64,000 nucleotides of DNA, taken from contig OX597816.1 of NCBI GenBank assembly GCA_951406725.2, positions 74,400,001-74,464,000 on the forward strand, in the 5' to 3' direction. Shown here piece after piece: positions 38,701 through 51,847 of this stretch. Origin of the DNA: Octopus vulgaris (lineage: Eukaryota). The translations under genes and the position numbers were made by a program. Positions within the stretch are counted from its first letter, which is position 1; each line of letters opens with the position of its first letter. Below the pieces are notes generated by a model. It worked only from the letters and a program-made list of their open reading frames with translations. It searched no databases and was not told where the DNA came from.

Positions 38701-39372
38701 ACTATTTCATTTGGAAGCAATCTTCTTGCACAAGAGGCAAATGTTCTGAACAGCAATTAGCAGGATTGTCAAAATCTGATCCAGCTGCATGTGTATGGTG
38801 GGGTTGTTCTTTCATACTTTAGCTCTTCATTACTTAACATAAAGTTGCCTGTTTCTCTACTATAGTCTCTCTCTCAGTGGAAAGGGATCTTAGTCTTGCA
38901 AGCTAGATGGCAGCCTCACTGGTGCTGTTGCCCCCATTACAAAAAAAAAAAAAGATAAAAGACACCCAATACACTCTGTAAAGAAGTGGTTAGTATGAGA
39001 AAGGGCATCCAGTCATAAAAACCATACCAAAGAAAGACATTGGAGCAGGATGCAGCCCTCTGACCATTGGATCCTGTCAAACTCCCCAACCCATGCCATC
39101 ACAGAAAATTGATGTTAAAAGATGATGATGACAATGATGATGATGACAATGATGATGATGATAATGATGATGATGATGATCAGGAGGAAGACAATGATGA
39201 TGATGATGATGATATGTCACTTGTTCAGTCATCCAGTATCTGTTTCTCCATGCTTGCATGGTTTAGAGGTGGGGTGGGAGTATTTGGGGCAGGATTTTTA
39301 TAACCTGATACTCTTCCTGTAAGTAAACCTTACCTGTTTATCAGGAAAGGACACACACACACACAAATCTGT

Positions 39373-39403
<31 letters not shown>

Positions 39404-42071
39404 CTGCATACATGCATCTCTGTATGTGCGTGCCTGGATATATGCATACTTGCCTGTATGTATGTTGCTGGTGTGCATGCATGTCTGTGTATATGCCACC
39501 CTTCATGTATGACTGCATGAGCATGTGTGTTGTATACCTTATCTCATTGATTGTCAGGACATAACTGAAGACCTCAACTCTAGCAGCCGGAATGAATGAA
39601 TGCCTCTGCACACACACACACACACACACGCACACACACACACACATTACCAACCAGATAAATAGATACAGTGTATGTAAGTAGATATACTTAACTCCTC
39701 CTATAGACACTTGCAGTGACGTATGTTGAGTACATTATGTGTGTGTGTGGGTTGGGTGCGGATTGTAGCTATATTATTTAATCAATACCATCATTTCACT
39801 CATCCAGGTGGATATTTAAATACCTGCATAGAACGATACATCATTGTTGTCATCCTCACCATCACAGTCAAATTACCACCACCATCGCTGTCACACCACT
39901 ATCATCATCATCATTATCTCTACTTTCACTTTCCCGTGCTGTTATCGATTGGGCTGGGCATTTTGAGGTAGTTCTTTGTAGTTCTTGACAACCTTTTTTA
40001 AGGGCTTCTAAAGATATATAGAGATATGGCATACCTATTCTGAATACCAGAACATACATGCACATATACACACACATATATATATGCACATACATGCATA
40101 CAAGGTTTATCAAAGAAAGGGCAAAAGAAACTGATGTGGATTCTCCAAATCCAATCTATTAGTGGCACAATGAAGATATGTAAGACATTACAAAGATTCT
40201 CTATCAGATCCTTGAGGAGAATAGATGCACGCACACACACACACAGACGCACACACGCACGCATGGGTGCATGCATTGACAGCTCAAACGACCCACCAAC
40301 TCAACAACATATTTACACACAATGGGAATTCCTTAACTCAAAAAGCCTTGTCGCTTTGTTAGCGACCGCCTTGTACTTTCTTAAGAAGAGCTTAGAACTC
40401 AGAAAAATCACACATACACACATGCAACACACACATACTTTTCTCGCTGGATTAAGTGCTCGTTTCTCTTTTGTCTTCTGCAATTTTATTTTTGGATCTT
40501 CTATATATATGAAGAATTTTCCTCTGTCTGGCTGTTTTTCTCTCTACAAAACAGAAATTTGACTTGTGGAACAGTCATTTTAATGAGATTTTCTATTTAT
40601 TTATCACCCGACGAGATATGTCTGCACCAGTTGTTGAGTGTCCCACAAGAGGAATCGACGCTAGATGTGTCAAAACAATTGTTGTGATTAATAATATATT
40701 CTTGCATATTTCATCTTCTGTCTTTCATTTGTTATTTACACACATATATAGATGTGTAGCTTAATGATTTAAGGTGCAGGTCACATGACCATGAGTTAAT
40801 GAGTTTGATTCCTAGACCAAGCAACATGTGGTATTCTCAAGCAAGGTACATCATTTCACTTGGCTCCAGTCTGTTCTGCTGTAAAAGAGAACCAGCCAAC
40901 ATGATGGTGCTGCTCTCTCTCTTTCTCTCTCACTCCATCTATCACATCCTGCATGTTTCACTGGCTCAAGGGATGACAAGCTGGAGAGAGCATTTATGTC
41001 TGTTCCTGCCTAATGGCACTCTCATCAGTTGATCCGATCAGTGGAACCACCTGTTCCTGAAATTAACATGCAAGTGGCTGAGCACTCCAGAGACATGCAT
41101 ACCCTTAACATAGTTCTCAGGAAGATTCAGCATGATTCAATGTGACAAGGTTCACCCTTTGAAATACAGGTACAACTCATTTTTATCAGCTGAGTTGGAC
41201 TGGAGCAATGTGAAATAAAGTGTCTTGCTCAAGGACACAATGCATTGCTAGGAATTGAACTCGTGACTTTATGATAGTGAGCTGAATACCCCCAACCAAT
41301 AAGCCACATGCCTCTTTGTCTACATAGGCATCTAAAGCAAGACATCTGTTCCTGTACCTGTATGATTACTTTAATCTTTCAACACCTGGCATAAAGCCTT
41401 CTCCCTAAATACTGCATCTCCACCCAGGTGAGGGAGAGTTTTTTCTTGCAAGTTTCTTGGTGAATTCATTGGTGTCAATGATATGAAAAAAAGCTCCCAG
41501 TACACTTTGTGAATTTAAAGTTTAATCTAATAAGGCATTTTATTAACGACATATTTTTACAGGAAAAAAGAAACAAAAAAAACATTAGAAGTATAAAAGA
41601 TCAAATAATCAAAGAAAAAAAAACCCTGTTGGCATTAAGAAGGGCATCCAGTCTTCGAAACCATACTAAAGCAGGCATAGTCCTCTGGTTTATCAGCTCT
41701 TGTTGAACTGTCCAACCCATGCTAGCATAGAAGATAGATGTTGAATAGTGGTGGTGATGATGATGATGACAATAATACAATGGGACCCTAGCTTTGTTGG
41801 ATAGTTGTGTTCCGATAGGGTTCCATCAGACCAATGCCTGGCCTATTATATTTCTGACAACAACAGTGACAAGATGTCTATGTGTCTACATTCTTATATA
41901 CTTTCATCTGAAATGGCTTTCGTCACAGCTTCAAGGAATTTAATCCATGTCTTGGTATGTTGACAACTGAGTAAAGAACACTCATGCCCCCACTTTCCAA
42001 AGTGTAGAACTTGGAAGCCTCAGTTTTGACAGGATTCTCTGCATTTAATACAGTGTTCTTGCTGCTGCAGT

Positions 42072-42682
42072 TGTTGTTGTTGTTGTTTAGTAACTACCGG
42101 CTGGATAGTTGGTTAGTGCTGCTCCTCAATCACCACCTGCTTCTCTGCCATCTTCAGCCATCTCTCCCACACCTTGAGTGCCAGTCTGGGCTCCTTCGCA
42201 ATCGCTTCGGGGTCCGTCAGCTGACTGCGGATCGATGGATGGATAGCTAGGCACTCCAACATCACGTGTTCTCCTGTTTCTTCACCCATTTTGCAATTGC
42301 GGCAAATAGGGTCCTCAATTCTTCCAATTTTGTGCTGCCATTTTCTCAAATCCGGATGGATCTGCTAAGCGTGACTTGTTCTTGGCGAGTCAAGTGTCGT
42401 TCCTTGATGCGATTGAGCTTTTTTCCTCTTTCACCAAGATGGTGATGAAAGAGAAGTTGTTGAGTTACTCCACACTCTTCATCAACAAGAATGTGACCTG
42501 ATGTTCACGTGGTGCCCCAGTCATCGCGGGATCGTAGGGAATGAGCTGACGGATGAGAAAGCGAAAGAGGGATCTGAACAAGATCAAGAGGGAACAGATT
42601 GGCATTATGCAGCAGCAAAGGCAGCTATCAAACGATCGATAAGAAGCCCTCCAATGCAGCATGAATGGTTGCAAAAGGTTTA
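42072..42682 (-). mobile_element. 5'-inverted, truncated RNase H-containing LINE (I/Ingi/Nimb-like) with (CAA)n tail
   Basis: Minus part has a CCHC motif (PICRNCKMGEETGEHVMLEC). Plus part has an RNase H motif (WCPSHRGIVGNELTDEKAK). TSD tgctgctgcagt at 42060-42071 and 42683-42694. Confidence 0.85.
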
Positions 42683-43019
42683 TGCTGCTGCAGTCTGTGA
42701 GTTGTTTCACTTATTTGCAGCATCAGTTCCATCAACATCAATGGTCCCAACAACTTAGACATTGATTGGGTTTGTTATGTGAATCCTTCAACAATCACCG
42801 ACAGATATAAGCCACGATGTCTCAAATAGGTTTATAAATGGTGATTGTTCCATCTTTGTTGAAATTTATACAGCGTTCCAGTCCTCTGTGTTGTTTTCTT
42901 AAATGCAGAACAGACATGTTCTGTCCACATCAGATTACTGACCATCTTTGCATCAGCATCACTACTCACGCCTTTACTCTCACTACTATACCATGATGAC
43001 CACCACCTCTTGTACAATA

Positions 43020-43378
43020 TGACCACCACCACTACTACAAACAGTGCTGCCACCACTGCCACCACACCTAATCATACCATGGTCTTCTCCATACCACCAT
43101 CACCACCACCACACCTAACCATACCACAGTCTTCTTCATACAACCACCACCACCACCACCACCACAACACCTAACCATACCACAGTCTTCTCGATACTGC
43201 CATCACCACCACCACCATACACTTACTATCATACTGTCATCACCACTGCCACCATCATACCATCCCCTCACCACCACCACCGCTCTCATCATACAACCTT
43301 TCACTGTCATCTTGCCACCATCATTTCCACCATCATATTCTCTACACCATTGCAACAATGTTTACCACACTACTACTG

Positions 43379-43414
<36 letters not shown>

Positions 43415-43620
43415 TTCACTCTAGAGTTACCACATAGCCACTATTACCACCATATCACTTTCACGACTATCACCATTCTTCCATTCCACTTGCATCTCTC
43501 ACCATGCGACACCACCACCACCATCATCCTCACTATATTACTACTATATTACAATCCACCACTCGCTGCCATCACCACTGCTACTACCACTGCCTCTGCC
43601 ACCACCAGTTTTCCCAATAC
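43020..43620. repeat. (CAC)n/(CTA)n low-complexity tract
   Basis: Visible directly. Confidence 0.9.
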
Positions 43621-44222
43621 GTTAGCTGAAATGCATGAAATATTAACTGCTTCAGTGCAGTGCAGTCCTTCCTGAAACTCCGTTAATTAGTTAAAGACCT
43701 TTAAACTCCACTGGACGTCCTGTGGCTGTTACTTCTGAAATATTTAACCACTGTTTCACTTAATTGTTTGCTACAGACACCATTTCAGATAGCATCAATT
43801 ATCAAACATACCTTACCACTTACTTCTTCATCATCATTATTATTATTATTATTATAGAGCAATCATTATAATTATTATTATTATTATTATTATTATTGTC
43901 TACCATAGTCTTGTGATTTCTTCTGGCTTATTGACAACTGATTAGCCGTGTCATTAGGTATCCAACTGTTTTACTTCTGCTGTTGTTGCAGTTGTTTTTT
44001 CCCCAGTCACCGCTCGCAGTCTTACCTCTCGCATTTTCTAATCCTTTTTCTTTTTCTCTTTGAAAACACTTGAAAGACAATCTCTGTCTGAAGGGGCCCC
44101 TGCCTGAAACTTATATCCTTATCAGGTGCAGGACTGGCTGTATGGTTAAGAAGCTTGCTGCTCAAACACGTAGTCTTGGGTTCAGTCCCACTACACAGCA
44201 CCTTGGACAAGCGTTTTCTACT

Positions 44223-44408
44223 ATCATCATCATCATCGTTCGACTGTGGTCGAGACAATGGAATTTACCATGCTACACCAGACTTCACGGTCCATCATGG
44301 CATTACGGAGGTCCTGTTGCTGGATGCCTGTATCCCTGGAGATTACATCAGGGTAGGAGAGTGTGCGCCCTCTGGTATTGCGAGTAGATGACTTCCAGAG
44401 GAGAAGAG
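44223..44408 (-). mobile_element. Short 3' end of RTE-like LINE with (GAT)n tail nested in SINE A
   Basis: RGRTLSYPDVISRDTG...AMMDREVW; it interrupts the SINE A motif ttctactat|agcc. Confidence 0.75.
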
Positions 44409-45242
44409 TATAGCCCTGGGCCAACCAAAGCCTTGTCAGTGGATTTGGTAAATGGACAAGTCAAAGAAGTGCATCATGTGTGCGTGAGTGTGTAGCCTTG
44501 TCTTGAAGTTGTATGATGGTTGTAAATGAGTATCAGTGTCACAGAAGTAAGATTGTTAAAAACTCAGTCTTCCATGAAAAATACGTCTAGCTATGGGGAA
44601 ATACTCTTTTCTACTCTAGGCACAAGGCCTGAAATTTTTGGGGAGGGGGATCAGTTAATTAGATTGACCCCAGTATGCAAGTGGTACTTAATTTATCGAC
44701 CCTGAAAGGATGAAAGGCAAAGTCGACCTCAGCAGAATTTGAGCTCAGAATATAAAGACAGATGAAATACCTATTTCTTTACTACCCACAAGGGGCTAAA
44801 CACAGAGGGGACAAACAAGGACAGACAAACGGATTAAGTCGATTACATCGACCCCAGTTCATAACTGGTACTTATTTAATCACCCCCGAAAGGATGAAAG
44901 ACAAAGTCGACCTCGGCGGAATTTGAACTCAGAACATAGCAGCAGATAAATACCGCTAAGCATTTCACCTGGCGTGCTAATGTTTGCTATAGGGAAATAT
45001 TTTGCATATAAATTGGTGAAGGTTGGCAGCAGGAAGAGCATCCAGCTATAGAAAATCTGCCTCAACAAATTCTGTCTGACCTATGGAAGCATGGGAAAGT
45101 GGATGGTTAAAAGATCTTTCAGAAAGTTAAACTTCATAAAGAGATTAAATCACAGAAGGTTTAGCAGTGATGAATCCATCAGACATTACAGAAAAGCTTT
45201 AAGGCTAAGATCTTGTTTAAACCTCTAACATTCAGATTATTG

Positions 45243-45262
45243 TCATACAGTGGTAAATAAAG

Positions 45263-45304
<42 letters not shown>

Positions 45305-45413
45305 TATTATTATAATTACTGTTGTTGTTGTTGAAGTTGTGTGAAATTTTATTGTGATTGTGAAATCTCCTGAAAGATTTCAAGCATTTAATAATATTAT
45401 TAATAATAATAAT
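45243..45413. mobile_element. TSD-flanked insertion with a near-identical inverted copy at ~49650-49821
   Basis: attcagattattg at 45230-45242 and 45414-45426. The body is the reverse complement of 49650-49821. Confidence 0.8.
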
Positions 45414-45759
45414 ATTCAGATTATTGAAGCTTTTCTATTCATGTTGATTTGAATTAATTGAATTAATCATGCATTTTCTCATAGCTTCAAGATTCTTTTG
45501 ATGTGATTGTTTATATTTAGAATGAGATTGTAGGGTAGGTGTGAGAGGCCAGATATGGCTGATTTGAACATAAAATGAGTAGGATATTGGAGGTGTAAAT
45601 GTGTAGTAAAATTACAAACCTATAATTAAGCTAAAAAATGACTTGAAAAAGCTCATTTGCATATAATTAGCATATCTATTTTTATTATTTGTGGAGCATT
45701 TGAATCCTGAGGAACCCTGATTTAGTTAAAGATTGCTCAGCTGTGTGTAGTATTGTCAT

Positions 45760-46180
45760 CATCATCACGAGTGCCAGTTACACGACACTGGTATCAGCTA
45801 TGACTGTGATTTCACTTGGCATGATGGGTCTTCTTCTCAAGCATGACATATTGCCAAAGGTCTTGGTCGCTTGTCATTGCTTCTCTGAGGCCCAGTGTTC
45901 AAAGATCATGCTTCACCACCTCATCCCATGTCTTCCTGGGTCTACCTCTTCCACAGGTTCCCTCCACAGTTAGAGATCAGCACCTTTTCACACAGCTGTC
46001 CTCATCCATACACATCACATGACCATACCAGCACCGTCGTCTCTTTTGCACAGCACATCTGCTGCCTCTTATGCCCAACCTTCTTCTCAAAGACACTTAC
46101 ACTCTGTCGTACATGCACACTGATATTGCACATCCAGTGAAGCATGCTACCTTCATGTCTTTCAAGCTTTCGCATATCTT
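45760..46180 (-). mobile_element. Decayed RTE LINE 3' fragment
   Basis: Reverse complement of the 59150-59700 family. Confidence 0.75.
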
Positions 46181-47383
46181 TAAAAAGAAATTTGTTGGAT
46201 TCAGATCATACAAGTAGAGATGGCCTTTGTTGTTTAACCTCAGGTCAACTCCAATGTGATTTGAAAGATATTTAGTTGCTACTTATTGTAGGTCAAGTGA
46301 TTATATAAAGGCCTCTTTATTAACTCAACTGTACTGATGGTGTTTATGTTGTGTAGCCCCAATCAGCCCTGATTTTCAAAGACATTCCAGCTGTGACCAT
46401 CCTATCTTTTGTTCTGATAGTGTATCTAGGGCTACATCATTCAACATATCCTACTCTCTTTAAGACAGCTAAATCTGATTTGAGGGAGATTTGGTTACTA
46501 TTTCTGGTAGGTAACGGTATCACTTAAATGCCTTCTCATCAGTTCAGTTATCCTTATCTACTTTACAAAAATAGAAAAGGTTGTTTTGTCGTATCATAGA
46601 TTTTGATATTCCGCTCGGCTAACAAAAATGAGCTGTACCCATATTTCAAAGGGCCACCGTTGTCACATTCTGTGTCATGTTGAATCTCCCTTAGAACAAC
46701 TGGCATTTCGTTGGTTGCAACAATGAATGTTCCACTTGATTTGATCAACAGAACGGCCTGCTTGTGAAATTCACATGCAAGTAGCTGAGTACTCCACAGA
46801 CATGCATACCCTTCAATTTAGTTCTTATGAAGATTTTGCATGACACAGAATGTGACAAGGCTGACCTTTTCAAATACAGGTACATCACATTTTTGCCAGT
46901 CGAGTGGACTGGAGTAATGTGAAATAAGTGTTTTGCTCAAGGACACAACACATTGCCGGGAATTGAACTCAGGACCTTACGATTGTGAGCTGAATGCCCT
47001 AACCATTAAGCCATAAAACTTCACTGTCTTTTGAGAACTATGTTAAAGGTACATACGTCTATGAAGTGCTCAACCACTTGCAAATTAGTTTCGTGAGCAG
47101 GCTTTTCTGTTGATCAATTCAACTGGAACACTCATTGTCGTAACTGGCAGACTGCCGGTTATTATGCTTTGACATGATGTAAAATTCGTGGTGTATGACT
47201 GAATCTTATAAATATTTTTATGATTAGTCATATAAAAAAGCTGCCCTAAAAGGAAGTGAAAATGATAGCAGTGTCTTTAGAAGTTAGTATAGTGCATCTG
47301 ACCGGTAAGGACTTTTGGCATTGTAGAGGCTTAAGACTTATCCCCCACCCTCTCTCATCTCTTATGTCATACCTGTTCTACAG

Positions 47384-47569
47384 GTATTGAGGATTATGGA
47401 CCTTCACACCAAAGTGAATTTTCTTGAAAAGGCACAACAATAGTTTCCTGTTACCTTCTCTCAGTCAATTTACAGTTTGATCTGCCGGACCCCTGCTCTC
47501 CCAAGATTACCTTTGAAGCACAGGGTCTGCTTAACCCTTGGATGGTGATGGTGGTGGAGAGGGAGACTG
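47384..47569 (+). CDS. Candidate upstream exon of the CCP1-like gene (5'UTR + ATG at 47542, MVMVVERETG)
   Basis: ttctacag acceptor, weak gtttat donor and an in-frame upstream TGA. Phase 1 joins in frame to exon 51757. Confidence 0.4.
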
Positions 47570-49637
47570 GTTTATGTGTTACCAGAACATATAAACACTC
47601 CTGTGGTCTTGTGGCTGTTATTAAGTTGATGTTTTCCACATAAATCAACACATTTGATGGAAGATTTTGATTTGCATCACTTAAAACTGGAAATTTGTAT
47701 TATAGGAATAAGAGTGTTTCAGGTGGGTTGCTATCAAAAAGGTTAATGGAATATAAGAAATTTTACCTTCAGATACAAATGGTTGGTCCTAAATGTACAC
47801 GCTCTAAAAAAATGAGATTTGTATGAGTGGTATTCTTTTGATTAAAAACGTTTACAAAATCTGAACTGTGGCTGATCTACAATAACATCAACAACAGCAA
47901 CAATGAGATCTAGTTAAATTATTCAAGCTTGCTATGTGTGTAAGGACTGGTTGCAGGGCATAAGCTGTTCATTCTTTAGCTTCTGGTTTCATCAAATAAC
48001 TCCCCATCTATCAGCTCAATGAATACCCACTGCAGGCCCTTCCACTCTCCCTCATGTGCCTATCCACACACTCTCCATGCTTTTACATATCTACCATACC
48101 CACCTCTTAGCCACTCCAGTTCCTCTCACTGGCACCTGCTATTTCTAATTATTTGCCTTCACACTCTTATGGAATATCTTTTCTATCCCCTCTGTACTGC
48201 TCTTAATTCCTTCCACTGTTCCTTGTAGGTAGGCCTTCTCTAGCTCACTCCCACCTCCATCTCCTTCCTTGGCCTACTGGGGTTACCAAATCCTTGTGCC
48301 TCTATCATACTCCAACTTCTTGCCTGGCACATGGCCACTTCTCTTGGTTCCACTCTCTCTCTCAGCTGAGAGGTCCTTGTCTTGCAAGCAACCTGGCAAC
48401 CCTGTGGATGCTGATGCCATGTTAAATGCACCCATGCTGGCGTCACATAAAAGCACCTGGTACACTCTGTAAAGTGGTTGGCTTTAGGAAGGGCGTCCAT
48501 GTCAAGAAACCATGTCAAAACAGATAACTGGAGCCTGGTGCAGCTCTCTGGCTTACCATCTCTTGTCAAACTGTCCAACCTATGCCAGCATGAGAAAACG
48601 GACATTAAATGATGATGATTTGAAACCATTATAGACCAAGGTGTGGCTGTGTAGTAAGAAGTTTGCTTCCTAACTACCTGGTTCCATGTTTGGTCCCGCT
48701 GCATGGTACCTTGGGCAAGGATCTTCTATTATATTATGGCCTCAGGCTGACCAAAGCCTTGTGAGTAGAACTGATTGACAAAAACTGATAGATGCCTGTT
48801 GTGTTCATGTGTGTGTGTGTGCATGCATGTGTTTGTCCCCCACCACCTCTTGACAACCGGTGTTGGTGTGTTTACGTCCCTGTAACTTAGCAGCTTGGCA
48901 AATATGATTGACAGAATAAGTACCAGGTTTTAAAAAAAATATTTCAGGAGTTGATTCTAAAGCCATTCAAGGTGATGCCCCAGCATGGCCACAGTATAAT
49001 AACTGAAACAAATAAAAGATACAAGATAAAGACAGAACAACAAAAAAAAAAACAGACAAAAAAATAACAATAAGGTGTACTGTTAGAATTGGTGGAGCAT
49101 CAAAAGAAATGCCTTGTGGTCCTTGTTCCAGGTCTTTATGCTCTTTGTTAAAATGTCTCTGCTGTCAGTTCATCCCTCTGTGGGGTTGAGGGGTCAGTAG
49201 AATAAAGCATCAATCTTGTATAGGCAATGGTGGTGGGGGAGTCAATGCAATCTACTAAATCTCTCCCTTCCTCATCCCCCCCTTGCCAAATTACTGGCCT
49301 TTTGCCTAAATTAAAAACAGGCATCACCACCATCATCATCATCACCACCATCATCACCACCACCACCATCATCACCACCACCATCATCATCACCACCATC
49401 AACTTTATCTACCCCATCTTCCTTCTTGTCATTATTTTCCTCCTCCTCCTCCCCTTCATCATCATCATCACCGTCTCGTCTCCCTCCTCCTCAATTATAG
49501 TGCAAAAACTAAACATCAAACGCAGTTATTATCATCATCCATTTCCTCTACCCTTCCTCCTCATCAATCATATAACAAAAACTAAACAACAACAAGTACA
49601 CTTATGTAATTTTCCTTCAATGCTAAATTAAATCTCA

Positions 49638-49673
<36 letters not shown>

Positions 49674-49756
49674 ATGCTTGAAATCTTTCAGGAGATTTCA
49701 CAATCATAATAAAATCTCACACAACTTCAACAACAACAACAGTAATTATAATAATA

Positions 49757-49801
<45 letters not shown>

Positions 49802-50340
49802 GCTTTATTTACCACTGTATGTTCACAAAAAGAAAAAAACATTGGGAACAGTGGAGGACAATACAATGTGGGGTTACATAAATAGAAGCTTAGTTGTTAT
49901 ATATTAAGGACAGTGTCAAATATGATAAATGTGGGTGTATTAGGGTGTCATTTCAGCTGTAACAAGTGGCACTCCATCACATTACCCATTACCTCTGAAC
50001 AATTCTCTTAACTGTCTGACTGTTAAACAGGCTTAAGTAGAAACCCCAACACCACCAGCACACTGCCTCACGTCTATTGATTTTGTATTAAGGTGGGCAT
50101 TACATACATACGTGTGTGTGTGTGTGTGTGTGTGTATATAAATATGTTTGTGTATGGGTGTATGTATGATAAATGTATGAATATTTTATACAAATGCATA
50201 CATACAGGAAGAGAAGGAAAGAGATGTGGATCAGTGTTTGCATTTATATACGTTACACATGCGACTAAATATGACTATATAAGTCGTTCATATATTTTTG
50301 TGTGCGTATGTGTGTGTATGTATGTAAGTATATATATATA

Positions 50341-50745
50341 TAGGCGCAGGAGTGGCTGTGTGGTAAGTAGCTTGCTAACCAACCACATGGTTCCGGGTTC
50401 AGTCTCACTGCGTGGCATCTTGGGCAAGTGTCTTCTGCTATAGCCCCAGGCCGACCAATGCCTTGTGAGTGGATTTGGTAGACGGAAACTGAAAGAAGCC
50501 TGTCGTATATATGTATATATATATGTGTGTGTGTGTATGTGTGTGTGTATGTCTGTGTTTGTCCCCCCTAGCATTGCTTGACAACCGATGCTGGTGTGTT
50601 TACGTTCCCGTCACTTAGCGGTTCTGCAAAAGAGACCGATAGAATAAGTACTGGGCTTACAAAGAATAAGTCCCGGGGTCGATTTGCTCGACTAAAGGCG
50701 GTGCTCCAGCATGGCCGCAGTCAAATGACTGAAACAAGTAAAAGA

Positions 50746-50747
<2 letters not shown>
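50341..50747 (+). mobile_element. Full-length tRNA-derived SINE family A (reference copy)
   Basis: A-box tggctgtgtgg and B-box ggttcagtc, with a central (TA)n(TG)n. About 20 copies in the window, e.g. 11230, 23245, 32395, 35805, 36980, 48635, 53430, 55200, 62078. Confidence 0.92.
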
Positions 50748-50780
<33 letters not shown>

Positions 50781-51168
50781 AACACACGTATATACACACA
50801 TATATATATGTGAGTTTGCATTGTGTATATGTGTGCTTATAACTATTTTATACACCTGTACAAATAGTAGCATGTACTTATTTATGTGTGTGTGTATATA
50901 TTTATGTGTGTGTATGTGTGTGATTGTCATCATCGTCATTCATATATTTGTGTGTGTGTGTGTATGCAAGCATGTGTATATGTATGTAAGTGTATATATG
51001 TATATGGGTTTGCATTGTGTATACGTGGGCTTATAACTAATTATACACCTATACAAATAGTAGCATGTACCTATTTATGTATGTATGTGTATATATTTAT
51101 GTGTGTGATTGTCATCATCATCACCATCATCATCATTTAACATAAACGTTTCCTTGCTGGCATGGATT

Positions 51169-51205
<37 letters not shown>

Positions 51206-51339
51206 GTAAACAAAACATTCAAACACTAAGGTCTGAAATAAGATGTCACTATTGCTAATATCATCTGTGGATAAGATTTAAAATTGGTGGTATCGACATT
51301 AGTAACACAGGTGGCTCGCAGGCAAAAAGCATTACTTAG

Positions 51340-51549
51340 CATTACTTTCGGAAACATTTTTTCACGCTCAGGGTTGCTGAAGCGTGGAATAAACTGCCTG
51401 CATCAGTTGTTGACTGCCATGACACTGCATCCTTTAAGGCCCTCATGCTTTCCGAAATCCGTCGAAACTACACCTGATTATATATACACTTTAGATGAGT
51501 TGTAGTGCACCTGAGCACTGTACACAATTATTATTATTATTATTATTAT
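51340..51549 (+). mobile_element. CR1 LINE 3' end with (ATT)n tail
   Basis: FRKHFFTLRVAEAWNKLPASVV...SFK, the characteristic CR1 ORF2 terminus. Confidence 0.8.
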
Positions 51550-51620
51550 AAATTACAAATTAGCATGAAGCGTAAGGGTGCAGAAAAAGCATCAATCCGC
51601 TAGAAATAAGAGCTAAAGTC

Positions 51621-51657
<37 letters not shown>

Positions 51658-51756
51658 GTATATATTCAGATGTGTGTTTTCTTATGATAAATACTGTAGT
51701 AGTAGCAGCAGCAGCATGGCCTTGCCTCCTTTATTGTTAATCTTTGTTGATTACAG

Positions 51757-51847
51757 GTAGATCTGCTTTAGACAGAATGATGGAGGAAACACGCTGTAAG
51801 AAAATGATAGACAACCAACCTCAAGGAGGTAAAATGGATCGAAGTGG
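51757..51847 (+). CDS. AGTPBP1: Cytosolic carboxypeptidase 1-like, exon (RSALDRMMEETRCKKMIDNQPQGGKMDRSG); alternative start ATG at 51777
   Basis: ttacag acceptor and strong gtgagt donor. The 91-nt exon is open and ends in phase 2, matching exon 56929. Confidence 0.65.

Noticed and set aside
39067-39322. Acidic poly-Asp and poly-Met ORFs
   Set aside because: Expanded (GAT)n tail of an RTE-derived repeat.
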